A DNA stretch of 64,000 bases from Candidatus Eiseniibacteriota bacterium (GCA_963776245.1 CAVZLN010000003.1:160001-224000), one strand, 5' to 3'. Numbered from the stretch's first letter, positions 12,565 through 22,992 are shown. Translations and numbers: made by a program. Notes: generated by a model not told the origin, from the sequence alone.

Positions 12565-13710
12565 TCAGCGGATGACGATGAAGCGGTCCCGGAACGAGTA
12601 GGTCCCGGACTCCACCAGATACATGTAGATCCCGGACGCGACGAGCCGGCCCGACTCGTTCTTCAGGTTCCATCGCTCGAAATCGCGCACCGGATCGTTG
12701 TGCTGCAGGGTGGTCACGAGGTCTCCCGCCAGGGTGAAGATCTTGACGGTCGCACGCTGCGGGAGATTGACGAAATGCACCTCGTTCCCGCCGGTCAGGT
12801 CCCACGGCGCGTGCGCCCGGTACGGGTTCGGCACCACGCCGACGCGCTCCAGGTTGGCGGCCGGTCCGCCGGTGGGCTCGACCGCCACCTCGATGATGTT
12901 CGCGGACTTGCTGTTGAGGTTCGGGCAGCCCCGCGGATCGCCGATCCTGGTCGAGTCGCAGCGCGCGTAGCGCTCCCGCTGCGTCAGCCCCGGGGCGGTG
13001 AGGGTATCGGGCACGAACAGGTCCGCGTAGTTCTTCTCGACGGAGTTGAAGGCCTCGTACGTGACCGCGTACCAGATGCGGAACCCGTCGTGCGGTCCGG
13101 CCGGCACCACCAGCACCATGAGCGAGTCGCCGGGGATGCAGCGCCCGAGACTGTCCGTCCGGCAGCGCTTCTGGTACGAGCCGCTCTCGTCCGGGTCCAC
13201 GAACGTGGCGACGCTGTCGTTCACCACCTCGCTCTGGCACATGAACTGGAGATAGGTGGGGCTGGCCGGGTCGGCGTCCACGGTCGAGAACTTCCAGGTC
13301 CGCTCGTCGCCCGGCTGGCGTGAGAATCGGCGGATGAGCTCCATCCGTGCGGTGTCGGGCCGGTTGGTCACCCGGTAGATGCGATACCCGCCGAAGTCCC
13401 TCCGCGCCTCGGCGCGACGATCGCGCTTGAATCGCAGGGAGACGGTGCGCGCATCGCGCCGGATGCTGTCGGGGAGCGGGCCCAGGGACACCCCGACGCA
13501 GGCCGGATACTTCTCCGGGTCCGAGTACGGCTCCACCTGCGAGTAGTCCTGGAAATGCCCCGGGAAGGCGCACAGCGCGATGCGGGGGAACGTCATCATG
13601 CTGTCGGGATAGCACTGGATCTGGGCCAGCGCGGGCGCACGGCCGCTGGCCAGCAGGGCGAGCACCGTGAAGGTCAGGACGAGACGGCGCGGCCTGTCGA
13701 ACCTCGTCAT
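12565..13710 (-). CDS. Secreted protein with Fn3-like region and T9SS-like C-terminal domain (VVPNPY type)
   Basis: ATG 13710 overlaps the upstream TGA. Signal peptide, DFGGYRIYR, eight Cys. C-terminal VVPNPY...FVNLP...IFTLAGDLV...WNL...VASGIYMYLV...FIVIR. Confidence 0.75.
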   Translation of the reverse strand: MTRFDRPRRLVLTFTVLALLASGRAPALAQIQCYPDSMMTFPRIALCAFPGHFQDYSQVEPYSDPEKYPACVGVSLGPLPDSIRRDARTVSLRFKRDRRAEARRDFGGYRIYRVTNRPDTARMELIRRFSRQPGDERTWKFSTVDADPASPTYLQFMCQSEVVNDSVATFVDPDESGSYQKRCRTDSLGRCIPGDSLMVLVVPAGPHDGFRIWYAVTYEAFNSVEKNYADLFVPDTLTAPGLTQRERYARCDSTRIGDPRGCPNLNSKSANIIEVAVEPTGGPAANLERVGVVPNPYRAHAPWDLTGGNEVHFVNLPQRATVKIFTLAGDLVTTLQHNDPVRDFERWNLKNESGRLVASGIYMYLVESGTYSFRDRFIVIR

Positions 13711-16220
13711 TCGTGGCTCCCGGGACGCAGCGTTGCGGCCGGCGCCGGCGTCACACGGGTGCCGCGACCGGCCGGGACGGGGCGAGCCCGGACGGCAGGC
13801 GGCTCCCACGCCGCCCTCGCACCGCGCGCGACGCGCGCGGGCACGGCCGCGGGCACCGGACCCTTGGTGAGGTGGAAGATCTCCTGCAGCACGAAGTCCA
13901 CCAGCCCGACGCACTGGCCCCGCTGATAGCTCCAGAGGTCGAAGCCGGAGAACACCGCCGCCGGGAACTCCAGACCGTGGTAGTAGGTCATGACCGGCGT
14001 GCCGATCACCGAGTTGGGCTTCGGGGTGTTGGTGCCGGGGATCAGGCCGCCGACTTCGTACGCCTGGAAGGACTGCGCGAGCGCGGCCTCGGTCCTCATC
14101 AGCGTGTCGAGCGTGGCGACCTCCTGGACGATCACCGGGCTGGCATTGACATCCTCGATGATCGAGTTGGGCTGGCTCAGATACTCGAGGACGTAGAACG
14201 CATTGGTGCGGTAGAAGGACCGGTCGTTCCCGACTCGGGTGGCCGGCAGCGCGTCGGTTCCCGGGGTCTTCGCGTCCATCGTCAGCGGCAGCCGGCTGTA
14301 GTTCGGGTTGGACCTCACGCCCTCGAACGTCGGCATGGTCCAGCCCCCGTACCGCATGATCGAGTCCGCTCGCGCCGACCGCTTGATCTTCGCATTGCCG
14401 ACAGTGTAGGCCTGCAGCTCCGAGCGCCAGTGCATGATGTCGTACATGAAGCGGCCGGGCACCAGCTCGGTCGGCATGCGGTTCGAGTAGGTGAAGGCGT
14501 AGGAATCGTTGTTCCCGCTGTTGAACATGTCCTTGCAGAGCGCGAACGCGGCCCCGCCGCCGACGATCCACACCCGCCCGCCCTGGCGCATGTACGCGCC
14601 GAGCGTGTTCACCCGGCCCGGCGCGCTCATGTAGCGGAGCGCGTACTGGCCGCCGGTCGGAGCGGCGTTGGTCACCCCCGGATCGGTGATCCACACCACG
14701 TTCTTGTACTTGCCGAGCGTGTCGAGTCGCACCGTCTTGTCGAGCGTGCCGATCTTGGTGGTGTGGAACACGTCGTAGCTATAGCCCGAGAAGATGCCGG
14801 GCTCGCTGTTGGCCAGCGTGGTCGTGCACTGCCACGGCACCCCGCCGCGCGCGAAGAAGAACGAGTCCACCTCCGCCATGTTCGGCCAGTCGCCGATCGG
14901 CTGCGGGAGGCAGCCGGCGGACAACGGCGTCCCGCTCTCGGGAATCAGTCGCATGTCCTTCACGATCATCAGCGGCCGCTCCAGCGTGGCGCGCACCACC
15001 CGCATCCGGACGTGACCGAGGCTCTTCAGGCCGTTGTTGTCGGCGGCCTGGACCCAGAAGTCATGCTGCGTGTCCCCCTCGAACCCACCCACCGTCACGC
15101 TGGTGGTGAGCACGCTCGGGTCGCTCCAGTGCGTGGAATCGTCCACCGCCGTGCGGATGGTCTCGTCGGAGGGGTCGCCGTCCACCATCCACTGGTAGTA
15201 CTCCATCAGCGCGCCCTTGGGCGGCTCGGCGGTCCAGTTGAACGTGATCGGCTGCCCGTACGGCACTTCGAGCTTGACCGCCGCCCGGTCGTCCATCGTC
15301 CACCCGCCGCTCTGGTACTTGAAGTAGAAGAACTCGTTGAACATGATCACGATCGGCCCCAGCGTGCTCGCGTACCCCGGCTTCAGCCGCAGCATGTTTT
15401 GCGAGAATGAGAACACCGGCGAGAACGCCCCCGCCTCGTCGAACGACACCACCACGAAGACGTAGTCCCCGCCCGGGGTCAGGTCCTTGAACTGCATCGT
15501 GGTGACGTCGGCGCCGGTCGAGTCCCACCCCGCCCACGGGCCCGGCAGGCCGTGACTCGCCCAGTCGTAGGCGTAATAGTCCCGCAGCGCGTTCGGATCG
15601 CGTGCCGCCTGGTCGGCGGTGTAGGCCGAGCCCGGTCCGAGCATGATGTACTTGTACTTCACCGGCTTCGACGTCAACTGGCCGTCCGGGTCGGTCCCGG
15701 TCCACTGGATGCGCACCGACGGCGTCACCAGGATCGCCCCGAACACGTAGAGCCGCGGGTCCACGATCGTCACCGTCGGGCATTGCGTGTACGAGTAGAA
15801 GCCGCGCCGGATCACATCCGAGGTGTCCCCGCGGTTGTCCACCGCGCACAGCGCGAAGACGTGAGGATGCGTCGCGTTGCCGGTCCTCACGTCGGACGAA
15901 TCCGCGGTGAAGAAGATGATCTCCTCGTTCTTCTGCGTCCGCACCCACTTCACCCGCACGCCCACGCTCTCCGGCGGATCGATCGCGTACAGGAAGTAAT
16001 CCACCCGCCCATCCGGATCGTTGGCGATCCAGTTGATCCGGTACGCGTAGAAGTAGGGCGTGGCGCGCGAGGTGTCGAACGGCGCCGCGGTCAGCCGCAC
16101 CTCGGGTCGGATGTTCGGGACCAGCCGCTCGCTGGTCTTCTTCGAGCATCCCGCGATGCCCCCCGCCACCACCGCCGCCGCCGTCAGCAGGCTCAGGACG
16201 GCGATTCGTCTGGCGTTCAT
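13707..16220 (-). CDS. Large lipoprotein with three Fn3/Ig-like repeats and a C-terminal alpha/beta domain
   Basis: ATG 16220 overlaps the upstream TGA. Lipobox IAGC-SKK. Repeats W..NDPDG...AVDNRG, W.GTDPDG...SFDEAG, W.AEP...AADNNG. Confidence 0.8.
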   Translation of the reverse strand: MNARRIAVLSLLTAAAVVAGGIAGCSKKTSERLVPNIRPEVRLTAAPFDTSRATPYFYAYRINWIANDPDGRVDYFLYAIDPPESVGVRVKWVRTQKNEEIIFFTADSSDVRTGNATHPHVFALCAVDNRGDTSDVIRRGFYSYTQCPTVTIVDPRLYVFGAILVTPSVRIQWTGTDPDGQLTSKPVKYKYIMLGPGSAYTADQAARDPNALRDYYAYDWASHGLPGPWAGWDSTGADVTTMQFKDLTPGGDYVFVVVSFDEAGAFSPVFSFSQNMLRLKPGYASTLGPIVIMFNEFFYFKYQSGGWTMDDRAAVKLEVPYGQPITFNWTAEPPKGALMEYYQWMVDGDPSDETIRTAVDDSTHWSDPSVLTTSVTVGGFEGDTQHDFWVQAADNNGLKSLGHVRMRVVRATLERPLMIVKDMRLIPESGTPLSAGCLPQPIGDWPNMAEVDSFFFARGGVPWQCTTTLANSEPGIFSGYSYDVFHTTKIGTLDKTVRLDTLGKYKNVVWITDPGVTNAAPTGGQYALRYMSAPGRVNTLGAYMRQGGRVWIVGGGAAFALCKDMFNSGNNDSYAFTYSNRMPTELVPGRFMYDIMHWRSELQAYTVGNAKIKRSARADSIMRYGGWTMPTFEGVRSNPNYSRLPLTMDAKTPGTDALPATRVGNDRSFYRTNAFYVLEYLSQPNSIIEDVNASPVIVQEVATLDTLMRTEAALAQSFQAYEVGGLIPGTNTPKPNSVIGTPVMTYYHGLEFPAAVFSGFDLWSYQRGQCVGLVDFVLQEIFHLTKGPVPAAVPARVARGARAAWEPPAVRARPVPAGRGTRVTPAPAATLRPGSHE

Positions 16221-18319
16221 TGTTCGGCGCTCCTGACGTCTTGAATGGACCCCGGTCCGGGTTCCCCAAGAGGGAGTTGCACAGAGTTCGTGCCCACGGC
16301 CCCGGCGGACGGGGGCGGTGGCACGGTGACCGGGACGCTGTAGGTCGTGCAGCGGCCCGAGCCGGCCACACCCTCGCAATCCAGACAGTCACAGACCTCG
16401 ATATCGAGCGTGACCGACGTGCCGACCAGCCAGGTCGGCAGGATTATGCTGAAGGTCGGCGCGGTCCGATAGGGCGGGTTCGCGTAGTCGGTGAAGCTCA
16501 CCGGGGTCCCGGCCGCATTCACCCCGCGCACCGTCACCCGGTAGCGGGTGGCTCCCGCGGCCGTCGGGCCTCCGACCGTGCGGATCGTCGCGAAGGCGTC
16601 GAACGGATCGACATCCCGCGAGACCAGGTTCACGTCGAGCACGCGGCTGAAGTACTGGGTATAGGGTGGGGTCAGCCTCGGCTTCAGCCCCTTGGTGACG
16701 TCGGTGTCGAGTTCCGGCGCGTGATCCACGAAGAAGGTGAGGATCTTGCGGCGCAGCGCGCGCAGCGAGTCATTGCCGCCGTTGCCGTCGCGCCCCACGA
16801 TCCGGACGATGTTCGGCACGGCATAGGAGTTGAGGTCGATGTCCATCCCGCCGGTCGCGCGGCCATCGCCGTCCTCGGCCCGCGCGTACATGTAGGCCTG
16901 GCCGGCATTCGACGCCGGCCAGTACCTGGCGATCAGGGGCAGGCGCTGGACGTTGGTCGGGTCGAAGATCGGGTAGAGGCCGGTCTGCGCGAACTGGATC
17001 GGCGTCCCGAATGGGGAGGTCTCGAAGCCCAGGTTCGCGCGGAATCCGATCGGCGAGGCGTTCGACGACGCACTCGGCTGGAGCACCGGCGGGACCCCGC
17101 CCCAGCTGGCGACGATCGCGCGGTACTGGATGTCGACCGGGTTGACCTTCACCAGGTAGGGCGAGTCGGGATCGAGCCCGCCGTTGTGGCAGACCACCCA
17201 CGAGTTCATGTTGACCGTGTCCCACTCGCTGTGGACGTAGATCCGCTGCTTGTAGATCTCGAAGAAGGTCTTGCGCTCGGGGCGCTCCGCCGGCATCTGT
17301 CCGACCGAATCCGGGCCCAGGAGGCTGCCGGTGAATCCCCCGATCGGCAGGCCGGCGGTCATGTCGTAGTAGTGGTACCCGCTCCCGGCTTCGACCTGGT
17401 TGAACTGCGGCGAGGCGGGGTCCGGGCCCGAGAACCACGTTTCGGGCTTCAGATTGAACTGGAAGCGCCGTTTCGCGTCGCGCTTGGCGCCCGCCTGATC
17501 GACGGCGCGGAGCGTGAAGACCTTCAGGCCCGGGCCCACCCGATCGGCGGCGTTGGTGTTGTAGCTGACCGCTTTGGTCGTGGAATCCGCGTTGATGAAG
17601 TCCACTTCATCCAGCTTGTAGCGGAACTGCACGGTGGGATTCTGATCGAGCGTCGGCTCCGAGGTCCACTGGAAGTCGAGTCGCGCGGTGACCGGAATCG
17701 AGTCCCGCGCCAGCGTGTTGATCTTCGCGGTGTCGCTGATGAAGTAGGTGCGCTCCTCCTGCACCAGCGCGCCACCCGCGAGCCGGGTCCACACCAGGCC
17801 CCTCCCGCGTGCAAGCAGGAACAGCGGCAGCGGAGGATACTTGTCCTTCGCTGTGAAGATCACGCGCGCCGGGGTGGGATCCGGTTTGCCCTCGTTGTCC
17901 ACGGCGTAGATGTAGAACGCGTGCTCGCGATCGGGCGAGAAGTCCGACACGTTGAAGATGAACGTGCTGTCGGTCTTGGTGGTGAATCGATAGTCGCGCG
18001 CCTTCGGGCCGGGCAGAGAAGGCGGATTGCCGCTCCCGAGCGGGTCGTAGGGCAGCGTCTCAACGACCGCGAAGTAGAACCCGGCGATGTCGCCGTCGGG
18101 GTCCGATCCGGCCCAGTACAGATGGAACTTGAACGGGATCTCGGTCGGGGTCCCCTCCTGGAAGGGGTTCTTCGTGGTGATCGTGTCCTGGGGGGCGGCG
18201 GTGATCCAGGTTTCCGGGGCCTGATTGCGATCGATGTTCGGCGCCAGCGCCTTGCGGCACCCCACGCCGATCAGTGATGTCATGAGCAGGCACAGTACGA
18301 GCCCGTAACGAAAACGCAT
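16217..18319 (-). CDS. Large lipoprotein with Fn3/Ig-like repeats, paralogous to the downstream lipoprotein
   Basis: Lipobox GVGC-RK. NQAPETWITAAP...WAGSDPDG...AVDNEGKPDPTPA, second repeat ...AVDQAG, C-terminal Cys cluster CDCLDC...C. Confidence 0.8.
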   Translation of the reverse strand: MRFRYGLVLCLLMTSLIGVGCRKALAPNIDRNQAPETWITAAPQDTITTKNPFQEGTPTEIPFKFHLYWAGSDPDGDIAGFYFAVVETLPYDPLGSGNPPSLPGPKARDYRFTTKTDSTFIFNVSDFSPDREHAFYIYAVDNEGKPDPTPARVIFTAKDKYPPLPLFLLARGRGLVWTRLAGGALVQEERTYFISDTAKINTLARDSIPVTARLDFQWTSEPTLDQNPTVQFRYKLDEVDFINADSTTKAVSYNTNAADRVGPGLKVFTLRAVDQAGAKRDAKRRFQFNLKPETWFSGPDPASPQFNQVEAGSGYHYYDMTAGLPIGGFTGSLLGPDSVGQMPAERPERKTFFEIYKQRIYVHSEWDTVNMNSWVVCHNGGLDPDSPYLVKVNPVDIQYRAIVASWGGVPPVLQPSASSNASPIGFRANLGFETSPFGTPIQFAQTGLYPIFDPTNVQRLPLIARYWPASNAGQAYMYARAEDGDGRATGGMDIDLNSYAVPNIVRIVGRDGNGGNDSLRALRRKILTFFVDHAPELDTDVTKGLKPRLTPPYTQYFSRVLDVNLVSRDVDPFDAFATIRTVGGPTAAGATRYRVTVRGVNAAGTPVSFTDYANPPYRTAPTFSIILPTWLVGTSVTLDIEVCDCLDCEGVAGSGRCTTYSVPVTVPPPPSAGAVGTNSVQLPLGEPGPGSIQDVRSAEQ

Positions 18320-18363
18320 TCACGCCCCCCGGCACGCCCAGTCGTATGAAGGGAAGTGCTTGG

Positions 18364-18393
18364 ACGCTAGCAGTCTGGCCCCCGCGTCGTCAA
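18364..18393 (-). promoter_or_regulatory. Putative sigma70-type promoter for the lipoprotein operon
   Basis: Minus strand TTGACG-N18-TAGCGT with a TG extended -10 element, 44 nt upstream of ATG 18319 and downstream of a terminator. Confidence 0.55.
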
Positions 18394-18494
18394 GCCCGTT
18401 GAGCGCGCCGACCCCGCTTTCGGCGGCCCTGCGGCGGACGGGCGAGGCAGCCGGTGCGCCCGGGCGGGGCCCGGTCCGTTGCGCCCTCGGACCG

Positions 18495-18527
18495 GAAAGC
18501 AGAAGGGCGGGGCTTGCGCCCCGCCCT
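18495..18527 (-). terminator. Rho-independent terminator of the large secreted-protein gene
   Basis: Minus strand AGGGCGGGGC-GCAA-GCCCCGCCCT (10-bp stem, GNRA loop) followed by TCTGCTTT, 19 nt after the stop at 18547. Confidence 0.85.
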
Positions 18528-18546
18528 CCCACGGTACGGATGTGCG

Positions 18547-21500
18547 TCAGTTGAGCACGATCATCTTGTTGTTGCTCTGGAAGTTCTGCCCCGCGAACGT
18601 CGTCCTCGCGAAGTAGACACCCCGCGGCACCAACGAGCCGTGATCGTCCACGCCGTCCCACGTCAGGTTGTGGGGACCGGCATCGAACACGCGGTCGGCC
18701 AGCGTGCGGATCAGACGTCCGGTGACGTCATAGACCTTCAGCTGGACACGGTCGCTCTTCGCGAGGCTGAAGAGCACCAACGCCTGGCGGTTCACGACAG
18801 GGTTGTTGCCGAGCTTCACGAAGTTCACGTAATCCGGGCTGTTCGGCGACTCGACACCCGTGATCGGGGTGCCGGTGAACGAGCAGACACCGTTGGTGAG
18901 CGCTGCCAGCACGGAGGCGTAGTAGATCTGGTTCCACTGCTTGTGGTCCGGACCCACGGTGACCGCGCCGAACTTACCGGTGAGGTGGGTGATGTCATAC
19001 CCACTGCCGAACGCGGTCCACCAACGGCCGCTGCCCAGCCCATCATTCGGCTTGTACACACCCGCCACGTACTGGACGGACAGCATCGGCGTGTACTCCT
19101 CGGCGACCTGCGCTTCGGTGACCAGCGGGTTCACGTCCGACACGTCGTTCGTGTACGTACAGGCGTTCCGCACGCCGTAGATATCCGACGCCCCGCCAAG
19201 AGCCGGCAGGACGTGCAGCTCGGACATCTGCGACTGGTTGTTGGCATACGCACGGTACGACGCGTGGATCCAGGTCATGCCGAAGTTGTCGAGGAACTCG
19301 GGGAAGTACGAGTTCCAGGCCGTGTCTTCGATCCATCCATCACCCTGGATCATCATCACGCGGGGATTGCTAGCGTCGGCGTTCTGCATCCACAGCGGGA
19401 GCAGTCCGCTGCCGGTGCCGATATCGTCCTGCGAGCGATCCGGGAACGGGCCGAACACACCCGAGTTCAGGTCGCCGGTGAGGATGAGCATCACCTTGTA
19501 GTACTGCGCCAGCATCGCGGGAGTCGGACCCTGGTGCGAATACTTGCCGACACCGCCCTGCTCGACGAGGCCCGGGGTCGCACGGTTGGAGAGACGGCTG
19601 CCCAGGGCACCCGCACTCGTCGTGAGCGACTCCGAAGCCTTCACACCGTACATATCCCACATGCCGCCGGGCTGGCCGCCATGTGCCGCGACGCGGTACT
19701 GAGGCAGGTTGACATCCACGCCATTCGGCGCGGACCAACCGTTGTGAGCGCCCCAGCGCGAGGTCGGGGTAGCGCCGATCGAATCCGCGATCGCCACCCA
19801 GGTCTTCTCGTCGCCACGGCGGTCATTCGCGTCCACGTACAGCATGCACGCCATGTTCATACCGGGGGTGAAGGCGCCGTCCTTCCAGCGATCCGGGAGG
19901 ACGCCGAACTGCTGCCACCGGTGGCCGTCGTAGTTGCCCTCGTTCGGCTGGATGAACACGGTGTTCGTGTCCGGCACCATGTCGAACGTGCCCGCGACGG
20001 GCGCGCCGACGAAGCGCTTGGTGAAGAAGTACTGAACGTGCGCGCCCGGCGTGAGCAAACCGTCGGGGAGGATCTGGGTGCCTTCGACCGTCTGCGGGTT
20101 GCCATCATAGCCCGACGCGTACGGCGGCGAGTTGAGGATCCCATTCAGGCCGAGGCGATAAGCAGCCGGGACCGAGTCGCACGTGATGTTGACGTTCGTC
20201 GCGCCACCCAGCGTGTCGATGACGAAGCACTTGTTACGCAGGATCCCGAGGGCGGGCAGATGCGCGTCCGCCTCGTGGTAGCACGACATCCACTGGTTGG
20301 CCGGCAGGAAGCCAGACGTGGCACCGTCGCCGTAGCCCCTGCGGTCGACCGGGAACAGTCCGACCTGAGCGGTGTCGCAACGGGCACTCCGCCACACGTT
20401 CGGGTTCCAATTGCCCGGCCACGTGGCGTCGAGGTCACCCAACAGCGAGTACGACGAGTACTCGCCACCGCCGGCGCCCATGTACGAGCCCCAGAACGTG
20501 CCGTCACCCGGGGTCGCCGCGGTGGGGGTAGCCGACACCACCACCTGACGCAGCCCGCTCGACGGAACGCCGGGGGTCACGTAGTTGCCGACACCCGGCT
20601 TGATGCGGAACACCATGTCGATGCGCATCGTACCGATGTCCGTCGCCACGATGTAGACCGAGTCCGCCGGGACGTCGAAGCGCAGGAAGTTGTTCGTCCC
20701 CGGATACGCGTTCAGGCCCGTGCGGATGAGGGCCGTGGTCGTATCGAAGTTCGAGGTGCCCACCAGGGCGTCGTTCTCGTTGAACGGGAACGTGTCATTG
20801 AAGAAGTCCCAGATGTTGATCGCCATGGTCTGCGGCGTGCCGTCGATGATGACCAGCGACACGTTGTCCATGTACGAGCCACCCAGCGGCGAGCAGTCCG
20901 GCGCGCCGAAGCGGTAGCACTGCTGGAGCTTCATCATGAAGATCTTCATCGAGTCCGGCACCGCGACGCCAGTACCGTTCGCCGACACGATCTGACCGTA
21001 CGCGCTCATGTCCTCGAGCGTCGCATAGCAGCGCTTCAGCGGCTCGAAGTAGAGGAACGGCGGGGTCATGCGGTTGCCCCACTGCGGGGTACCCGCCGCG
21101 GGACCGCCCGCGATCTGCAGCGCCGGGTACGACATGGCGCCGAACTGCCAGGCGTTGCCCTGGTTGTAGATGTCGTAGATACCGAAGTACATCTCGTACT
21201 GCAGGCCGTAAGCCTGGGTCGGCGTGGCATCATCCAGCGTCAGGCCGAACGTGTTCGGCAGCCCGACCCCGGGCTGACCCTTCAGGCCGACCGTGGGCGA
21301 CGCGGCGCCCCAGTTGCCCTGGCCTTCGGTCGTGCCCGCCAGACCACCGGCGCGCTCGCTGTTCTCGTGATCGCCCATCGACACGACGCCACCCAGCATG
21401 TCGCAGGTTCCGTAGATGCTGTACGGATCGTCGACACCGCAGAGGTCCTTGTATTCCAGCGTCGCGAGCTGATGCACGTGGAAGTAGATGGCCGGCGGCT

Positions 21501-22992
21501 TGCCGGTCGAACGCCACGTGTCGGAGATCGTGCCAGCGACCGAGTTGTCGATGTCGGAGGCGTTCTCGAAACCACCGAGGCTGACCGCTCCGGCACCGAT
21601 GTCGATCGCGACGTCATCGACCTGCGCCGCGCCCATGCCACCCGAAGTGTAGGTCGCCGGGCTGGACTCGTCCGACGTCCCCGCGTTGGTGTGGACACGG
21701 AACACGATGCGCAGCGTCGAGCTGGCCGCCTTGAGGGCCGCCGCGTTCGCCGCATCGATGGTCACCGTGCGCAGGCCAGCCGCGTTGTTGCCCTTCTGGC
21801 TGAACACCCACAGCCGGTGATCCTTATCCAGCACTTCATTGAACCAGCGGCGCATGTTGTCGTAGATCGGACGCACGGTGCCGTCCGACCCCTTGAACGA
21901 GCCTTCCACCGGCTTGCCGACGTACACCTGGAACGAGTCGATCGGCGCCGCGAAGTTGGCAGCACCCACCGTACCGTCGGTCAGGGTCGTGGCTTCCGCC
22001 GAGATCAGGTTGCCGTCGTTGACCGCGGGCGGCGCCCACGGTGAGGGGTCACCCTCGAACCAGCCCGTGCGGGTGGTCGCGGTGGTGCCCTTGCCCGTCG
22101 ACATCTGAGTCTGCGACAGGAACGTCAGGACGATCGGCCCCGACGTGTAGGTCGAGATGTCGTAGTCGCGGTAGAGCATCTGGTCCATCTGCGACGCGTA
22201 GCCCGGGAACGTCTTGGCCGAGCCGGTGCCGATGACGCCAGTGCCGTTGAACTGGATGACATCCACGTTCAGCGGGTTGTTCGTCACGGGATCCACGACC
22301 GTGGCGTCCCCGTGATTGCGCAGACCCATCCACGCGGAGTACGAGCCGGCCAGCGGAGCCCACTTCACACCGCCGTCCGCCGGGAAGGCGTACGGGTCCG
22401 AAGGATTCGGATCCGCGACCGTCGCGGTGTTGCCCGGGTCACGGTGCCACACGCCGACCACACCGAAGGTGCGCTTGAAGCCAGCGCCCTGGTTGATCAC
22501 GTAGTTGGCCGTGTTGCCCATCTCGATCGCCCACCACGCGCGGTTCACGTCGGTGCGCGTCGTGCCCGAAGCGTTGGTGTGGTTGGAGCGGAACGGCCAC
22601 CAGCCCATCAGCGAGTCGCCATGGGTCGAAGCCGACTGGTCCCACTGCCAGTTGCCCTCAGTCATCTGGCTGGGAGCGAGCGGACGGTTCGGACCAGGTC
22701 CGACCTTCCAGTAGTTCGACACGCTCGCGCACGTGGAGAACCCGACGTACACGGTGTCATTGGCGGTCCCGGTCGGATAGCCGACACAGGGACCGGTAGC
22801 AGTCAAGGCCTTGGACGCGCCGAAACGGGACGCGCCCTGACGGGCGGCGTTAGGCATCTGCTTCTGAGTGAGCGGGGTGCTCTTCATCAATCCGAGCTCA
22901 TCACCGTTCACGGGTTCAGACGCGAATGCCGCCGTCGTCAAGCAAGCAGCCGCTCCTGCGAGGAGCAGCAGCGCGACGAACGACTTCCTCAT
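18547..22992 (-). CDS. 1481-aa secreted protein with C-terminal FlgD-Ig/T9SS-like sorting domain (surface/S-layer candidate)
   Basis: ATG 22992 with a GGAGG RBS. Signal peptide MRKSFVALLLLAGAAACLTTAAFA. Body rich in Gly/Thr/Asn/Trp with paired Cys. C-terminal NNP...VYDVTGRLIRTL...WDG.DD.G..VPRGVYF...KMIVLN. Confidence 0.85.
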   Translation of the reverse strand: MRKSFVALLLLAGAAACLTTAAFASEPVNGDELGLMKSTPLTQKQMPNAARQGASRFGASKALTATGPCVGYPTGTANDTVYVGFSTCASVSNYWKVGPGPNRPLAPSQMTEGNWQWDQSASTHGDSLMGWWPFRSNHTNASGTTRTDVNRAWWAIEMGNTANYVINQGAGFKRTFGVVGVWHRDPGNTATVADPNPSDPYAFPADGGVKWAPLAGSYSAWMGLRNHGDATVVDPVTNNPLNVDVIQFNGTGVIGTGSAKTFPGYASQMDQMLYRDYDISTYTSGPIVLTFLSQTQMSTGKGTTATTRTGWFEGDPSPWAPPAVNDGNLISAEATTLTDGTVGAANFAAPIDSFQVYVGKPVEGSFKGSDGTVRPIYDNMRRWFNEVLDKDHRLWVFSQKGNNAAGLRTVTIDAANAAALKAASSTLRIVFRVHTNAGTSDESSPATYTSGGMGAAQVDDVAIDIGAGAVSLGGFENASDIDNSVAGTISDTWRSTGKPPAIYFHVHQLATLEYKDLCGVDDPYSIYGTCDMLGGVVSMGDHENSERAGGLAGTTEGQGNWGAASPTVGLKGQPGVGLPNTFGLTLDDATPTQAYGLQYEMYFGIYDIYNQGNAWQFGAMSYPALQIAGGPAAGTPQWGNRMTPPFLYFEPLKRCYATLEDMSAYGQIVSANGTGVAVPDSMKIFMMKLQQCYRFGAPDCSPLGGSYMDNVSLVIIDGTPQTMAINIWDFFNDTFPFNENDALVGTSNFDTTTALIRTGLNAYPGTNNFLRFDVPADSVYIVATDIGTMRIDMVFRIKPGVGNYVTPGVPSSGLRQVVVSATPTAATPGDGTFWGSYMGAGGGEYSSYSLLGDLDATWPGNWNPNVWRSARCDTAQVGLFPVDRRGYGDGATSGFLPANQWMSCYHEADAHLPALGILRNKCFVIDTLGGATNVNITCDSVPAAYRLGLNGILNSPPYASGYDGNPQTVEGTQILPDGLLTPGAHVQYFFTKRFVGAPVAGTFDMVPDTNTVFIQPNEGNYDGHRWQQFGVLPDRWKDGAFTPGMNMACMLYVDANDRRGDEKTWVAIADSIGATPTSRWGAHNGWSAPNGVDVNLPQYRVAAHGGQPGGMWDMYGVKASESLTTSAGALGSRLSNRATPGLVEQGGVGKYSHQGPTPAMLAQYYKVMLILTGDLNSGVFGPFPDRSQDDIGTGSGLLPLWMQNADASNPRVMMIQGDGWIEDTAWNSYFPEFLDNFGMTWIHASYRAYANNQSQMSELHVLPALGGASDIYGVRNACTYTNDVSDVNPLVTEAQVAEEYTPMLSVQYVAGVYKPNDGLGSGRWWTAFGSGYDITHLTGKFGAVTVGPDHKQWNQIYYASVLAALTNGVCSFTGTPITGVESPNSPDYVNFVKLGNNPVVNRQALVLFSLAKSDRVQLKVYDVTGRLIRTLADRVFDAGPHNLTWDGVDDHGSLVPRGVYFARTTFAGQNFQSNNKMIVLN

